A stretch of 64,000 bases of DNA from Nitrospira japonica (GCA_020725385.1 DYFC01000034.1:32001-96000); one strand, 5' to 3'; counted from the first letter of the stretch, positions 47,388 through 58,564 are shown. The notes: generated by a model not told the origin, from the letters alone. Made by a program: numbers and translations.

Positions 47388-50072
47388 TTAAAAAGCATGG
47401 CCGATACTAAAATGTATTTCACCGGCACTTTCACCTGCTTCTTTTTGCAGTTTTCTGCCATAATCAATTCTTACAGGTCCAACAGGTGTATTATACCTTA
47501 ACCCCAGTCCGGCAGTGAATTTAACATCGGATATATTTATATCTCCGGTCTTTATCCAGACGTTTCCACCATCAAGAAATGCAACGATACCAAAATTTTT
47601 ACTGACTGAAGTCCTTAGCTCGACATTCTCCATAAGAAATGTATTCCCACCAATGGGGTTACCATCACTTCCTTTAGGACCGAGAGTATCCTGGTCATAT
47701 CCCCTTACAGTTGTTCTTCCGCCGAGAAAGAAACGCTCAACAATGGGGAGTTCATTCGTGTTAAAAAAACCCTGCGCTACACCGCCGCGTAATGAAGCAG
47801 CTAAAACCACCCCCTTTGCTATTTCATGGTAAATATTTCCGTAAAGCATTAATTTTGCAAAATTTGTTTCGGATAAAAAAACAGGTGCGGTGAACTTCAA
47901 CGTAGCACCTGCGAAAATACCCTTCTTCGGATAAAACTGGTTATCTCTTGTATCATAAATAAGTCCCAATCTAAGTCCGCTGATTATTAGGGTGCCTGTA
48001 TCTTCCTTACTAAGGACAACATCTGGCTTTACATCGAATGTATTCACAAGTGAAAAATCGTAATACAGTTCTCCCCGTAATACATTCCCTATTTTTCTCT
48101 CGAAACCCGCTGCAACAGTATGTCTTATAAGTTTATAACGGGTTTCTCTTGTATCTATATTAATCTCTCTTTTATCTTCGCCAAGAATAAAAAGTCTAAA
48201 TGGCAACTCCTTTTGCATGAACCATGGCTCATAAAATTGCATGATATACCGTTTTTCAAGAGAACTCAATTCCAGGCGCAAAGAGGCTTCTCTGTTCATT
48301 CCCATAAGATTTCTGTAAGATAAATCGATTGTTCCTCTATACAGTTCATATTCGGCATATCCGAGACTAATCTCTACTGCTCCGGCATTTCCCTCCCTGA
48401 GTTTAATGAGTACATCCTTTTGACCATTAAATGTATCAAGTGGTTCCATATATATATCCGAGAATAAACCAAGTTTGTAAAGCTTCTGTCTCTCTTTAGA
48501 TAGAAGACTGGCGTCAAATGGAGCATTCTCTTTCTGTTGCAATTCTCTTCTTACTACATCATATTTTGTTTTTTGATTGCCGGTTACAATTGTCTTTCCG
48601 AAAAGAACTAAATTGCCCTCATATATATTGAATGCTAAGGAAGCGCTTCCATTTTTTATCTCGCGTTTAACCTCAACTTTTACATCAGGGAAACCTTTCG
48701 ATGTAAATAACTCTATAATTTTGTACCGTGCGTTCGAAATATCAACTTCATTATAAGCATCTCCGATTCTTATATTTATTAGATTCCTTAATTCGATTTC
48801 CGGGACAGAAGTTGTGCCAGATATTTGAATTTCATTTATTACGGTTTTTTTACCTTCATTTAATGTTACATATATATCCATTTTTTTATTATCGCTATCA
48901 TATACAGCCTGAACTTCCTCAACATTAGCATTAAGATAGCCGAGTGCATTATAAAAGTCCTTAATCGCATCTGTATCTGAATCAAGCATCTCGGAATTAT
49001 AGCTTTTACCTTCTTTGAGGGACATAATTTCTTTAAGCTTTTCTTGTTTAATCGTGTTACCATTAAAAAGTATTTTTCCTACGTTTATCTCCGGACCTTC
49101 AAATATAAAAAAAGTTACATCGATAATATTATTTTTTTCTGAAACAATAGGCGCAATCTGGGCGAATTCATAACCTTCGGTATGATATATATGAAGCAAT
49201 CTACTTAAAGATTCCTGCAAAATATCGTCATTGAAATCTTCTGCTTCTAAAAAAGGAAGTTCCCTTAAAAGCCTCCTATCCGATATTGAACTATTACCGC
49301 TTATATTTATTTTAAGTTGTTTCCCGGGACTTACTGAAAAAGAGAGAATACCATCTTTAAACTGTGGCTCACTTATCACAGGCTTAAAATAATCTCTTTT
49401 CTTATAATATGATCTTATTCGTTCTAAATCTTTTTTTAGGGTTGACCGGTTAAATATACTTCCGGTAGTTAGTTTCATAATTGACTTTACTTCTTCAGGA
49501 CCATTAATATCTATTCTTTTTATTATTTCAGGAACACCGGTATTAACTTTAAGTTTAATATCAACCTTATAGGGAGACTTAAGTCTAACGGTGCGGATAC
49601 TAATATCCGGGTTAGGGAATCCAAGATAAGATAGCTCTTTTTTTAGTTCATCAACTGCTCTGTCAAAAGGCTCACAGGAAAGATATTGCCCTTCTTTTAT
49701 CTGAAAAATTTCTCTTATTTTTCTTGATGAAATATCATGCTGTCCGGATATTGAAATTTTCCTGACAGAATCCTTTTCCTTTACCGAAACAAATACTTTT
49801 ACCCTTTCACCGTCTTCAGCACTAACCGAAATATCATCGAATATTCCTTTTAAAAAAGCTCTTTTTATGCCTCTACGGACAATATCAGGATCTATATTTT
49901 CACCCGCTTGAATACCAAGAAGATATAGCAATTCATCCTTTTGAATCGAAGAAAGCCCTTTAATTTCCACTTCAGAAACTATCGAGGCATGTGCACATAT
50001 TGCAAATGAGGAAATAATAACCAAGCAAAAAAGAAAGATAAACCGGATCCTATCAATAGCAAATCTTTTCAT
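47388..50072 (-). CDS. Omp85 family outer membrane protein (BamA/TamA-like, multiple POTRA domains)
   Basis: POTRA repeats, FFLGGRTTVRGY, GLGLRYNTPVGPVRIDYG, C-terminal FSIGHAF. Confidence 0.9.
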   Translation of the reverse strand: MKRFAIDRIRFIFLFCLVIISSFAICAHASIVSEVEIKGLSSIQKDELLYLLGIQAGENIDPDIVRRGIKRAFLKGIFDDISVSAEDGERVKVFVSVKEKDSVRKISISGQHDISSRKIREIFQIKEGQYLSCEPFDRAVDELKKELSYLGFPNPDISIRTVRLKSPYKVDIKLKVNTGVPEIIKRIDINGPEEVKSIMKLTTGSIFNRSTLKKDLERIRSYYKKRDYFKPVISEPQFKDGILSFSVSPGKQLKINISGNSSISDRRLLRELPFLEAEDFNDDILQESLSRLLHIYHTEGYEFAQIAPIVSEKNNIIDVTFFIFEGPEINVGKILFNGNTIKQEKLKEIMSLKEGKSYNSEMLDSDTDAIKDFYNALGYLNANVEEVQAVYDSDNKKMDIYVTLNEGKKTVINEIQISGTTSVPEIELRNLINIRIGDAYNEVDISNARYKIIELFTSKGFPDVKVEVKREIKNGSASLAFNIYEGNLVLFGKTIVTGNQKTKYDVVRRELQQKENAPFDASLLSKERQKLYKLGLFSDIYMEPLDTFNGQKDVLIKLREGNAGAVEISLGYAEYELYRGTIDLSYRNLMGMNREASLRLELSSLEKRYIMQFYEPWFMQKELPFRLFILGEDKREINIDTRETRYKLIRHTVAAGFERKIGNVLRGELYYDFSLVNTFDVKPDVVLSKEDTGTLIISGLRLGLIYDTRDNQFYPKKGIFAGATLKFTAPVFLSETNFAKLMLYGNIYHEIAKGVVLAASLRGGVAQGFFNTNELPIVERFFLGGRTTVRGYDQDTLGPKGSDGNPIGGNTFLMENVELRTSVSKNFGIVAFLDGGNVWIKTGDINISDVKFTAGLGLRYNTPVGPVRIDYGRKLQKEAGESAGEIHFSIGHAF

Positions 50073-50078
50073 AACTAT

Positions 50079-53000
50079 TTATTTAAACTCAAATCTGAAT
50101 TTGATATCACCACCGATACTTCCTCTTTCATCTCTAAGACCTATCAGGGATATATTTTTTCCGACTAAGTATTCAATTTTTATTATTTGTTCTTCCGATG
50201 CTCCAATTGAATTAGTATATGTAACAAACAACCTGTCTCCGATTAATCTTTTTGATACTGTAAACTGAGGTCCGATAGTTCCGGTTTTTGTTGAAACATA
50301 TGGTTCAACCTGAAATCGGTCAAGTCCTGTAATAGAGCGCAATCTTTCTTCGATAACGTCCTGCACTTTGCCGGTTATAAATGATGTTGCTTCTCCGGCA
50401 CCGATTCCACCTTCAAGACCTTTTAGCTGTTTACCAACCTGCCCTACTGTTAATAAAGCAAGAATATCAACTTCATCGAGTCGCGGGTCAGAAGATAGAG
50501 CAAGGTTAAAATGATCCATTTGCCCTTCAAGGGCAAGTCTTATATTATAGCCTTTTACCAGAGTTTCAGCGGTAAGATTGATAATGGGTTTTATTCTATT
50601 TGGATCGGCAAAATCAACACTTGCAAATATAATTTTGAACTCATTATTTCGAAAATATACATATCCCTCATTTGATTCGACTCTTCCAAAAATAACAGGA
50701 CTTGAAATTGAACCTTTGAGTATCATATCTCCTCTGATTTTCACCGGTGTTCTTGCAATATTATTATCAATCAAAATATTTTCATCTCCGGAAATTCTTA
50801 TATTCAACTGTGCTTTTTCAAAAATAGAGACTTCGGGTCTGATAGTCTCTTTTGGCTTTACTGCAAGGAGCCAGCTTCTCCACTCCACCATTTCTTTATA
50901 ACGTCCTTTCTTTATCTTCACATCCCCGGTAATGTTCATTGAGTCAGATGTTCCTCTACAAAGCAATTTACCATCAAATGTCACACTAAAATCTTTTGAA
51001 TAAGTGGTTGTAACATTATCAACGCTTGCCTGAATATAATATCTTTTAATTGATAGACCCTTAAGATAAACAACTCCTGAAAGAGAAACATCTCCTCCAC
51101 CGATTTTCCCGGATAAGCTTTCAAGAACAATTCTATCTTCATCTATATTGAGACGACCGTTAATTGAACTTATATACGAAGGAAAATCCTTAAGTCCGAA
51201 TGAAGTATCTTTTAATATCATATTTCCATTGATCTCCGGATCATCCCACCTCCCGCTTATTGATAGTTTAAACTCGGAGTCACCTTTAAGATAACCGATT
51301 TTTCTCGAAAGCCCCTTCAATGGAGCAAGATTTGATCTTCCTTCAAACATTAAATCATATTCTTTTCCTATTTCAAAACCACCGGAAAGTTTAAAAGAAG
51401 ATGCACCGCTTTTTATGGTCGCCATCTTTATTGAAAATTTTTTATTATTTAAAGAACAATGTAACGGTGTATCATTAGTAAAAGTTTGACCATAGAGTGA
51501 AAGATTAAAATGTTCAATATTTGCGGTAGCGGAAAGATTATTTCTATCACCTTTAAGGTCAATAATCCCTTCAAGATTTAGCTGTAGATCTTCGGGAATT
51601 TCCTTGAAGAAAGTACTTGCAATAAAATCATACCTTCCCTGCTGGATTGTTATTTCTGCATTCCATGGCAGTTTTTCATCAAAATATCCGTTTCCTTTTA
51701 TTTTAAGACTTTCATTGAATAGAGAACCGTTTATAGATATATCCCTGTTTTTAATAGATGCTGTTAATGTACCATTTATTATATTTTTACCCCTGAAAGT
51801 TCCTCCTGTTGCTTTTGCAAGAAAAAATATATCAGGATTATCAAAAGTACCGTGTCCTTTTGATTCAAATGAAAAAACAGCATTCTCCGGCGCTTTTCCG
51901 TATGTGGCATCCTTTAAATAAAATTTTTCTGATGATGCATTATATGTGAATTTATCTCCTGAAGAGAAAGAAGCCCCTGCTTTTATTAAAGAATCGCCTT
52001 TTCGGATTATTGCATCTGTCAAGAAAAATGTATGATTGGAATATTCAAATTTTGAAGCTCCTGAATCAAATGGTAATTTGAATACAGTAGCTTTTTCAAC
52101 AGTTCCTTTTCCTTTAACCTGGGGAGATTCCCCTTTGCCGGTTAATTTTATATCAGCATTCATTTTACCGGTGCCATCGAAGTCCCTGTAAAAAATCTTT
52201 ACTGCTTTTCCGAAGTCCGCATTCTTAATAGTTGCACTAATATCATAAATAGGTTTTGAAAGGTCAAAGAGTTTTTGTGCTTCTGGAAATAATATTTTCC
52301 CTTTAATAGAGTGTTGCTCGTTTTCTGATTTAAAAACACCCTCATACACTTCGAGCAGGTTTTTTTGATAATTAATAAAGGCTTCTATACTTAAGACAGG
52401 ATATTCTTCAATAACACTTTTTGTCATAACAACTTTTCCCGAGATTTTTGGGTCATCAAAAGTACCCTTAATATCTCCTGAAAAATCACCTATGCCTTTA
52501 ATTTCTTTATAATAAGGCAGTGCAAGATCAGAAGAATCTTCTGAGTGTAATTTCGCTCTTAAATTAATAGTTTTTGCTTTAATATCAAGAACCCCGTTAA
52601 GTTCGGCATTTGTCAGGTTTGTATTAATCAAAAGATTAGAAAGAGATAGCACATCATGGTTTAAAGAAAAAGCGCCCTTAATGGATTTTATTCTGTAAAG
52701 AACATCATCTACCGGTTTGCTGGAGTCCTTAACCCAGGTTCTTTGTCCCTGAATATGTGATCTATAAATAAAATTGCCGATAGGGTTAAAGTACCTTCCT
52801 TCTGAAAATAATTCTCCGTCTGCTTTACCCGGTGGTATTCCCGGATCCCATCCAATAAGATTCAAAAGAGGCTTACTATCAGCATCCTGAAATTTAATAT
52901 TTAGCGTGAAATGATCGACTACCGGTAAATGTATCGATGCTTCTGCCAATGCAGAACCATTATAAAGATGAGCATTACCATTTTTGAACTCCATTAAACC

Positions 53001-54116
53001 ATTTTTATAAGTAATTTCAGTTGCAAGAGTATTTATATCGACACCGAATAGATTTCCATTTTTCATGTTTGCTTTTCCTCTGGCTAATATGTCATTAAGC
53101 CTTCCTGTTATCTGTCCTTCAAAATTCGTGAACCCCTCAACTTTTTCCTTAACTCTCAATATTTCCATGAGCGTCTGCAAATAGAATCCCCCGCTTAATT
53201 TCAAATCAAGCACGACATTATCAAGATTAATTTTGGTTTGTGAGGAATTTTTTTCGGTTAACATCCTGCCATGTTCATTTCCAATTAAATTGATATTCCC
53301 TTTAACAGATACACTACCTTCACCGCTTGTTTCAAGTTTGAGAAGTTTTTTAATTGATCTGACTATTAAAGAAATTTCTGTTGAAAAAGCTCCTTTGCCT
53401 TCAGAATAATAACCGGAACTCCTTATTTTTGAACCATATGCATCTATTTGAAGTTTCTTTATTTCTATCCGATCTTTTTTGAAATCCATAGCTGAAGATG
53501 TACTACATGATATTTCAGGCCAGCCTTCCTTCAGCAACTTAAGTTCTTTTGTTTTTGCATCAAGTTTCTGTATATCACCAATAATAAATTCACCGCTCAA
53601 GCCTTTTATTTCAGCTCTTGCATTAAGCATTTCATCGCTAAGGAATAAATCACCTTTGAAAACTTCGACAACTTTAATTTTTACCTTAAATGCTTCTTCT
53701 CTTTCTTTTTCAAGATAAGCTTTTACACGTTTTATTATCTCTTCTAATTTATTTTTAGACACACCAATGACCGGTCCTTCAATAACAAGCCTTCTTAGAA
53801 TTATTCTTTTGTTAAATATTTCTGAAAGAGATGCATAAGCTTTGACTTCCTTAGCTGAAAGAATAGTATTACCTGTCGGTTCTTTTATAATTAAATCTTT
53901 TGCAACAATATATAGTGGTAGAATATTTATAGAAAATTTTTTTGCTTCTAATTTTTGGCCTGTTGCGAGCTCAAGCTCAGGGACTATAATATTTTTTATA
54001 GTATCAGATATAAACTGGCTATGAAAAAGGATAGTCAATCCAAAAAAAATAAGGACAAATAGAAACAACAATCCTATTTTTAGACGATTATTTTTTTGTT
54101 CTTTGTTCTCGGGCAT
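50079..54116 (-). CDS. tamB: Translocation and assembly module TamB-like protein
   Basis: 1345 aa, N-terminal TM anchor, beta-rich body, DUF490-type C-terminus ending GGDIKFRFEFK; adjacent to Omp85. Confidence 0.82.
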   Translation of the reverse strand: MPENKEQKNNRLKIGLLFLFVLIFFGLTILFHSQFISDTIKNIIVPELELATGQKLEAKKFSINILPLYIVAKDLIIKEPTGNTILSAKEVKAYASLSEIFNKRIILRRLVIEGPVIGVSKNKLEEIIKRVKAYLEKEREEAFKVKIKVVEVFKGDLFLSDEMLNARAEIKGLSGEFIIGDIQKLDAKTKELKLLKEGWPEISCSTSSAMDFKKDRIEIKKLQIDAYGSKIRSSGYYSEGKGAFSTEISLIVRSIKKLLKLETSGEGSVSVKGNINLIGNEHGRMLTEKNSSQTKINLDNVVLDLKLSGGFYLQTLMEILRVKEKVEGFTNFEGQITGRLNDILARGKANMKNGNLFGVDINTLATEITYKNGLMEFKNGNAHLYNGSALAEASIHLPVVDHFTLNIKFQDADSKPLLNLIGWDPGIPPGKADGELFSEGRYFNPIGNFIYRSHIQGQRTWVKDSSKPVDDVLYRIKSIKGAFSLNHDVLSLSNLLINTNLTNAELNGVLDIKAKTINLRAKLHSEDSSDLALPYYKEIKGIGDFSGDIKGTFDDPKISGKVVMTKSVIEEYPVLSIEAFINYQKNLLEVYEGVFKSENEQHSIKGKILFPEAQKLFDLSKPIYDISATIKNADFGKAVKIFYRDFDGTGKMNADIKLTGKGESPQVKGKGTVEKATVFKLPFDSGASKFEYSNHTFFLTDAIIRKGDSLIKAGASFSSGDKFTYNASSEKFYLKDATYGKAPENAVFSFESKGHGTFDNPDIFFLAKATGGTFRGKNIINGTLTASIKNRDISINGSLFNESLKIKGNGYFDEKLPWNAEITIQQGRYDFIASTFFKEIPEDLQLNLEGIIDLKGDRNNLSATANIEHFNLSLYGQTFTNDTPLHCSLNNKKFSIKMATIKSGASSFKLSGGFEIGKEYDLMFEGRSNLAPLKGLSRKIGYLKGDSEFKLSISGRWDDPEINGNMILKDTSFGLKDFPSYISSINGRLNIDEDRIVLESLSGKIGGGDVSLSGVVYLKGLSIKRYYIQASVDNVTTTYSKDFSVTFDGKLLCRGTSDSMNITGDVKIKKGRYKEMVEWRSWLLAVKPKETIRPEVSIFEKAQLNIRISGDENILIDNNIARTPVKIRGDMILKGSISSPVIFGRVESNEGYVYFRNNEFKIIFASVDFADPNRIKPIINLTAETLVKGYNIRLALEGQMDHFNLALSSDPRLDEVDILALLTVGQVGKQLKGLEGGIGAGEATSFITGKVQDVIEERLRSITGLDRFQVEPYVSTKTGTIGPQFTVSKRLIGDRLFVTYTNSIGASEEQIIKIEYLVGKNISLIGLRDERGSIGGDIKFRFEFK

Positions 54117-54436
54117 TTTAAATATAAGTCTTTCTGTATATCAGCCGAATTATAGACAGACAGAGAATATTTAATTAAATTAAGGCAGAAATCATGCAAA
54201 TCTATACTCCAGAAAACTGATGAATTAATAAGCATCTGTTGTCCCATCATATTTATCTAAACCAAATAATAATTTATTTTTTAGAATTTTTATATTTTAA
54301 CAATAACTTCATATGCTTGACTACTAATTCATTATCAAACCTTTGTGATTCGTTAACATAAAAATGCATTTAAAATAATGCAACTTTTGCAAATCCGTTA
54401 TCCATATAAAAATACGGATATAATGAACAATTCTAA

Positions 54437-54499
54437 CGTCATTGCCCGACTTGCCTGCCCGCTGTTTTTGTGGCGGGATCGGGGAAGCCGGTTTTGACG
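54437..54499. repeat. REP-like palindrome with a nested 24-nt palindromic insert
   Basis: gtcattgcccgacttg[cctgcccgctgtttttgtggcggg]atcgggg, homologous to 23444-23496. Confidence 0.7.
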
Positions 54500-54795
54500 C
54501 TTTAATTCTTACAATTTAAGAAAATATCATAAATTCATATAATTATAAATAAATATATATTAATAAATAAAATAGCAATAGCAAATTTATTTCTTGACTT
54601 TCAATACCTTTCCCATATATATTGCTTTATATTTGAATTGTTATAAAGACATTAATTAATAATGTTTTGTTATATTTTTTTAAAGAGCATATTATGTAGC
54701 TTTTTTAAAGTTATTTTTATAAGCAGGAAGGGGGTGAATATTTCTTATATTTATAAGTTTATCTTATTGATTAATCAAATGAAGGAGGGTGACAA

Positions 54796-56058
54796 ATGGG
54801 TTTTTTAAGAAAGACTTATGATTTTTTCATGGCTGCTTCAATAGCTCATGCTAAATGGGATTATGAAGTATCCATGAATATCATTAGAAACCGGAAAAAA
54901 CTTCTTATTATCTTCATACTTCTCCTGCCTATTCTTGCTATTTCATGGATTAATGCAGCTGATATTATTGGTGGCAAGACAGCATATGCGCCTGCCCATT
55001 ATTCAAACCTAATCTTTGCTGTCTCGATTGCAGTTGGTCTTGCAGCAGGTCTGATTACAGGATGTATCGGTGCAGGTGGTGGTTTTATTATTACCCCTGC
55101 TTTAATGGCAGCTGGTGTTAAAGGTATTCTTGCTGTTGGAACAGATGTTTTCCATATATTTGCAAAAGCAATCATGGGAACGACTGTTCATAAAAAACTC
55201 GGAAATGTTTCTGTAAAACTTGCGATAGCTTTTTTAATTGGTTCAGGTGGTGGCACATTTATAGGCGGTGCAATAAATAAAGGTCTTTATAATAAAGATC
55301 CGCTCTTAAGCGAGGCTTTCATCAGTACTGTTTATGCAACTCTTCTGGGATTTCTTGGATTCTATGCCCTTGCAGATTTTATTAAATCAACGAGAAAATC
55401 ATCAGGAGGTGGTGGAGGAGGGCATGGACATGACGCTCATGGTGGTCCTTCGGGCATGACAAATCTTGCAATCAGTCTTCAAAAAATAAACATCCCGCCT
55501 ATGATAACTTTTGACGAAGACTTTGGCGGAAGAAGAATATCATGGCTGTTTGTAGCAATAGGCGGTGTTATTGTTGGAATGCTTGCAGCAATTATGGGAG
55601 TTGGTGGTGGTTTTGTAACATTTCCTATGTTTGTTTATATTTTTGGTGTTTCAACAGCAACAACAGTTGGAACAGATATTTTACAAATAATATTTACAGC
55701 AGGACTTGCATCAATAGCTCAGTATGCGATTTACGGTTATGTTTTCTATACACTCGCAATGGGAATGTTAATTAGTTCATTGATAGGAATTCAGGTTGGA
55801 GCACTTACAACAAAAGTTGTTAAAGGAATCCACATCAGGGGATTCTATGCAATGTCAATTATAGCCGGTTTTGTAAATAGAGCTTCTACATTGCCTAAGA
55901 AATTAACGGAACTCGAGTATATAAATATGAATAAGTCTCTTATTAACAACATTGAATTTGCAGGTAATATAGTTTTCTGGATTGTTGTAGGTTTCTTCGG
56001 GTTCTGGGTTTTAAGTAAATTTTTTGTGAACATTGGCAAATTAAGAGAGGAGGGCTAA
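54796..56058 (+). CDS. Sulfite exporter TauE/SafE (TSUP) family protein
   Basis: GLITGCIGAGGGFIITP, AVGTD, IMGVGGGF, TVGTD duplicated halves. Confidence 0.9.
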   Translation: MGFLRKTYDFFMAASIAHAKWDYEVSMNIIRNRKKLLIIFILLLPILAISWINAADIIGGKTAYAPAHYSNLIFAVSIAVGLAAGLITGCIGAGGGFIITPALMAAGVKGILAVGTDVFHIFAKAIMGTTVHKKLGNVSVKLAIAFLIGSGGGTFIGGAINKGLYNKDPLLSEAFISTVYATLLGFLGFYALADFIKSTRKSSGGGGGGHGHDAHGGPSGMTNLAISLQKINIPPMITFDEDFGGRRISWLFVAIGGVIVGMLAAIMGVGGGFVTFPMFVYIFGVSTATTVGTDILQIIFTAGLASIAQYAIYGYVFYTLAMGMLISSLIGIQVGALTTKVVKGIHIRGFYAMSIIAGFVNRASTLPKKLTELEYINMNKSLINNIEFAGNIVFWIVVGFFGFWVLSKFFVNIGKLREEG

Positions 56059-56059
56059 G

Positions 56060-56830
56060 ATGGCAGGTTCGGCAAAGAAACATATGGGTCTTGGAATAAT
56101 AATGGCCCTGTCTTTTTTTGTAATACTTTTTCTGATGTTTTCACCTATTTTCCCAAAGACTTCAGACGGGCAGCCCCAGAATGGTTTACAATGGGCTGAT
56201 GAGATGTTCAACCAGCTTGCAAAGGGTTCATCTTATTTTATACCGAAAGTTGCAAAAAGTAATGAAAAGTTCATGGGTAGAATGTTTACAGCTACGTTTA
56301 AAGTTGATAAACCAGAAGATAAACCCGGTGATGCCGAAAAAAGAGCTCAAAGAGCATCGCAACTTTTTATTGTTAATCCCGGAGCAAAAGTTGAAGTTAA
56401 TGGCGCTGAATTAAAAATCGAGGGAGACCTCGGCATGGTATTGAAAGCCGCTTTAGAGGATGCAGATGTAATGTTTAAGAATGAAGGAGATAAACTGAAA
56501 GCAAAATATGCAGCAGCAATGGGAACTGACGATGTTAAACAGATTTTCAGACAGTGGAACAATGTTCTTCCCAAAATCGACAAACTTTTCAAGAAAGAAG
56601 GAAAAATAGAGGAATCTAAAATTGTATCGGATGTTACCAAAAAAACAGTAGAAGCTGCATATAATTTCTACGGAGTACAGGCAGTGCAGGTTAAAGAAAA
56701 AGCAGGGCTGATGACATTTCTTCTCGTTTTTTACGTTATTTATACAATGTGGTGGGGCTTTGCGATATTTTACATATTCGAAGGTCTTGGGTTAAGCATG
56801 AAAAAAGCTAAAGAAAAGAAAGAAGTCTAA
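56060..56830 (+). CDS. Hypothetical membrane protein, partner of the TauE exporter
   Basis: N- and C-terminal TM segments around a soluble domain; starts 1 nt after the upstream stop, with an SD. Confidence 0.75.
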   Translation: MAGSAKKHMGLGIIMALSFFVILFLMFSPIFPKTSDGQPQNGLQWADEMFNQLAKGSSYFIPKVAKSNEKFMGRMFTATFKVDKPEDKPGDAEKRAQRASQLFIVNPGAKVEVNGAELKIEGDLGMVLKAALEDADVMFKNEGDKLKAKYAAAMGTDDVKQIFRQWNNVLPKIDKLFKKEGKIEESKIVSDVTKKTVEAAYNFYGVQAVQVKEKAGLMTFLLVFYVIYTMWWGFAIFYIFEGLGLSMKKAKEKKEV

Positions 56831-56841
56831 AGGAGGATAAA

Positions 56842-57276
56842 ATGAAGATACTCGTTCCTGTAGACGGTTCAAAATATTCAATGGAAGGCGTTAAAATTGC
56901 TCTTGATTATGCTAAGACAAAAAAAGCTGATATAACTCTGATGACAGTTACTCCTTTTATTTCAGGACTTGACCTTGAAATATCAGCAAAAGAAATTGAG
57001 AGCATAAATGAAACAATGAGACGCAATGGTGAAGATGTGCTTGATAAAGCAAAAAATATTTTGAGCGCTGAAGGTATAACTGCCAAAACAATACTATTAT
57101 CAGCTATTTCTGCAGCAGATGAAATTTTAAATACAGCTGAAAAGGAAAAGATAGACCTTATTATAATTGGAAATCGTGGACTTGGTGGAACTGCTACAAG
57201 ATTTCTAATGGGTAGTGTTGCATCCAAGGTTGCTACAAATGCGCCTTGCTCGGTCTATGTTGTAAAAACAGCCTGA
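56842..57276 (+). CDS. Universal stress protein
   Basis: ILVPVDGS, DLIIIGNRG, LMGSVASKV. Confidence 0.92.
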   Translation: MKILVPVDGSKYSMEGVKIALDYAKTKKADITLMTVTPFISGLDLEISAKEIESINETMRRNGEDVLDKAKNILSAEGITAKTILLSAISAADEILNTAEKEKIDLIIIGNRGLGGTATRFLMGSVASKVATNAPCSVYVVKTA

Positions 57277-57297
57277 TTTCAGCCCCTCTACTTTATT

Positions 57298-57327
57298 AAA
57301 GGGCCTCATCATAAGAGGCCCTTTTTT
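57298..57327 (+). terminator. Rho-independent terminator
   Basis: aaaGGGCCTC-atcataa-GAGGCCC-TTTTTT. Confidence 0.85.
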
Positions 57328-57526
57328 GTTTTCTTTAACCAAAAAATGCAGTTTAAAAAGCTAACAAGCTATCAAATTCTTAAGAAAAAAGCTAAGAGCA
57401 AAAACACACCCCTCACCCCTCTTGATAGAGGGTAAGAGCTAATAAGCTAAATAATTAGAGCAATATCTGTATTATTTGGGTAAAATTAGATACAATAATC
57501 ATAAAAAAATAAAGGAGAAAACATTT

Positions 57527-58477
57527 ATGGAAAGAATGTGTCCGGTTCCAAGAATTCTTCTGCCAATTGATGGAAGTGAAAATTCTATAAGAGCTGTTCG
57601 TTTTGCAGGATATCTTACCTCAGCCTTGAAAAATGATCTTTTGCATATAACATTATTAAGGGTTATAACAGGAGGGTTCATAAGTCAGCATCTTTCTTAT
57701 ATTGATCTTATGGCTGATGTAGTTGGAGAAACTGACACATTCAAGAAAATAAAAGATGAACATATTGATAAGAATATCAAACCAGCATTGGAGCAAGCAG
57801 AGAAAATTTTTAAGGACATTGGTGCCAGAGTTGAAATTGAGAAAGTTGTCGCTGAGGGGGATGCTGCAAAGAAAATTGTAGAGATAGCAGATAAAAAACA
57901 CTGTTCAACAATTATTATGGCCAAGAGAGGGCTCTCGGAAATTAAAGGGTTCTTTCTTGGGAGTGTAACGAATAAGGTTATACATTCTGTTAAGAATCAG
58001 AGTATTTATATTGTTGGCCAGAGAATATTAGAAGATAGTGAATGTCCTTTACCTGATATTCTGATTCCAATTGATGGCTCTCAATATTCTTTGAAAGGTG
58101 TCGAACATGCTGTCTGTCTTGCATCCAGGATAGGTTCTGTCAAAAAAATAACGCTATTAAGAGTAATTAATCTTGCTGTAATTATGGAGCGTCTTCAGGG
58201 AGGAATGGAACCGATGGAGGAGGCAAACAAAATATTCGAAGAGGCTAAGAAAATTATTCTGAATACCGGAATATCCGAAAATGTTATACAGCCATTAATT
58301 AAAGTTGGGATTCCCGCTGAAGAAATACTCAAGGAGGCTGATAAAGGTAGTTATTCTTTGATAGTAATAGGTAGAAAAGGTCGTTCCGCAGTGAAAGATC
58401 TTGTACTTGGAAGTGTGAGTTCAGTTGTGATAGAGAGAAGTAAAAATCCAACAATTGTGATAGTAAGTAATGATTAA
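57527..58477 (+). CDS. Tandem-domain universal stress protein
   Basis: Two USP domains (ILLPIDGS..FLGSVTNKV; ILIPIDGS..LGSVSSVV); AAGGAG SD upstream of ATG 57527. Confidence 0.9.
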   Translation: MERMCPVPRILLPIDGSENSIRAVRFAGYLTSALKNDLLHITLLRVITGGFISQHLSYIDLMADVVGETDTFKKIKDEHIDKNIKPALEQAEKIFKDIGARVEIEKVVAEGDAAKKIVEIADKKHCSTIIMAKRGLSEIKGFFLGSVTNKVIHSVKNQSIYIVGQRILEDSECPLPDILIPIDGSQYSLKGVEHAVCLASRIGSVKKITLLRVINLAVIMERLQGGMEPMEEANKIFEEAKKIILNTGISENVIQPLIKVGIPAEEILKEADKGSYSLIVIGRKGRSAVKDLVLGSVSSVVIERSKNPTIVIVSND

Positions 58478-58564
58478 CCTGAATAAGCCAATTAATAAGC
58501 CATTTTTAAGTTTAATAATTATTGATTTTAACTAATTAAATAATTTGTTATAATATAAAGCAAG

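Noticed and set aside
54342-54362. Rex or CRP-like binding site (TTGTGATTCGTTAACA)
   Set aside because: The half-site spacing does not match either consensus, and the AT-rich background makes chance matches likely.
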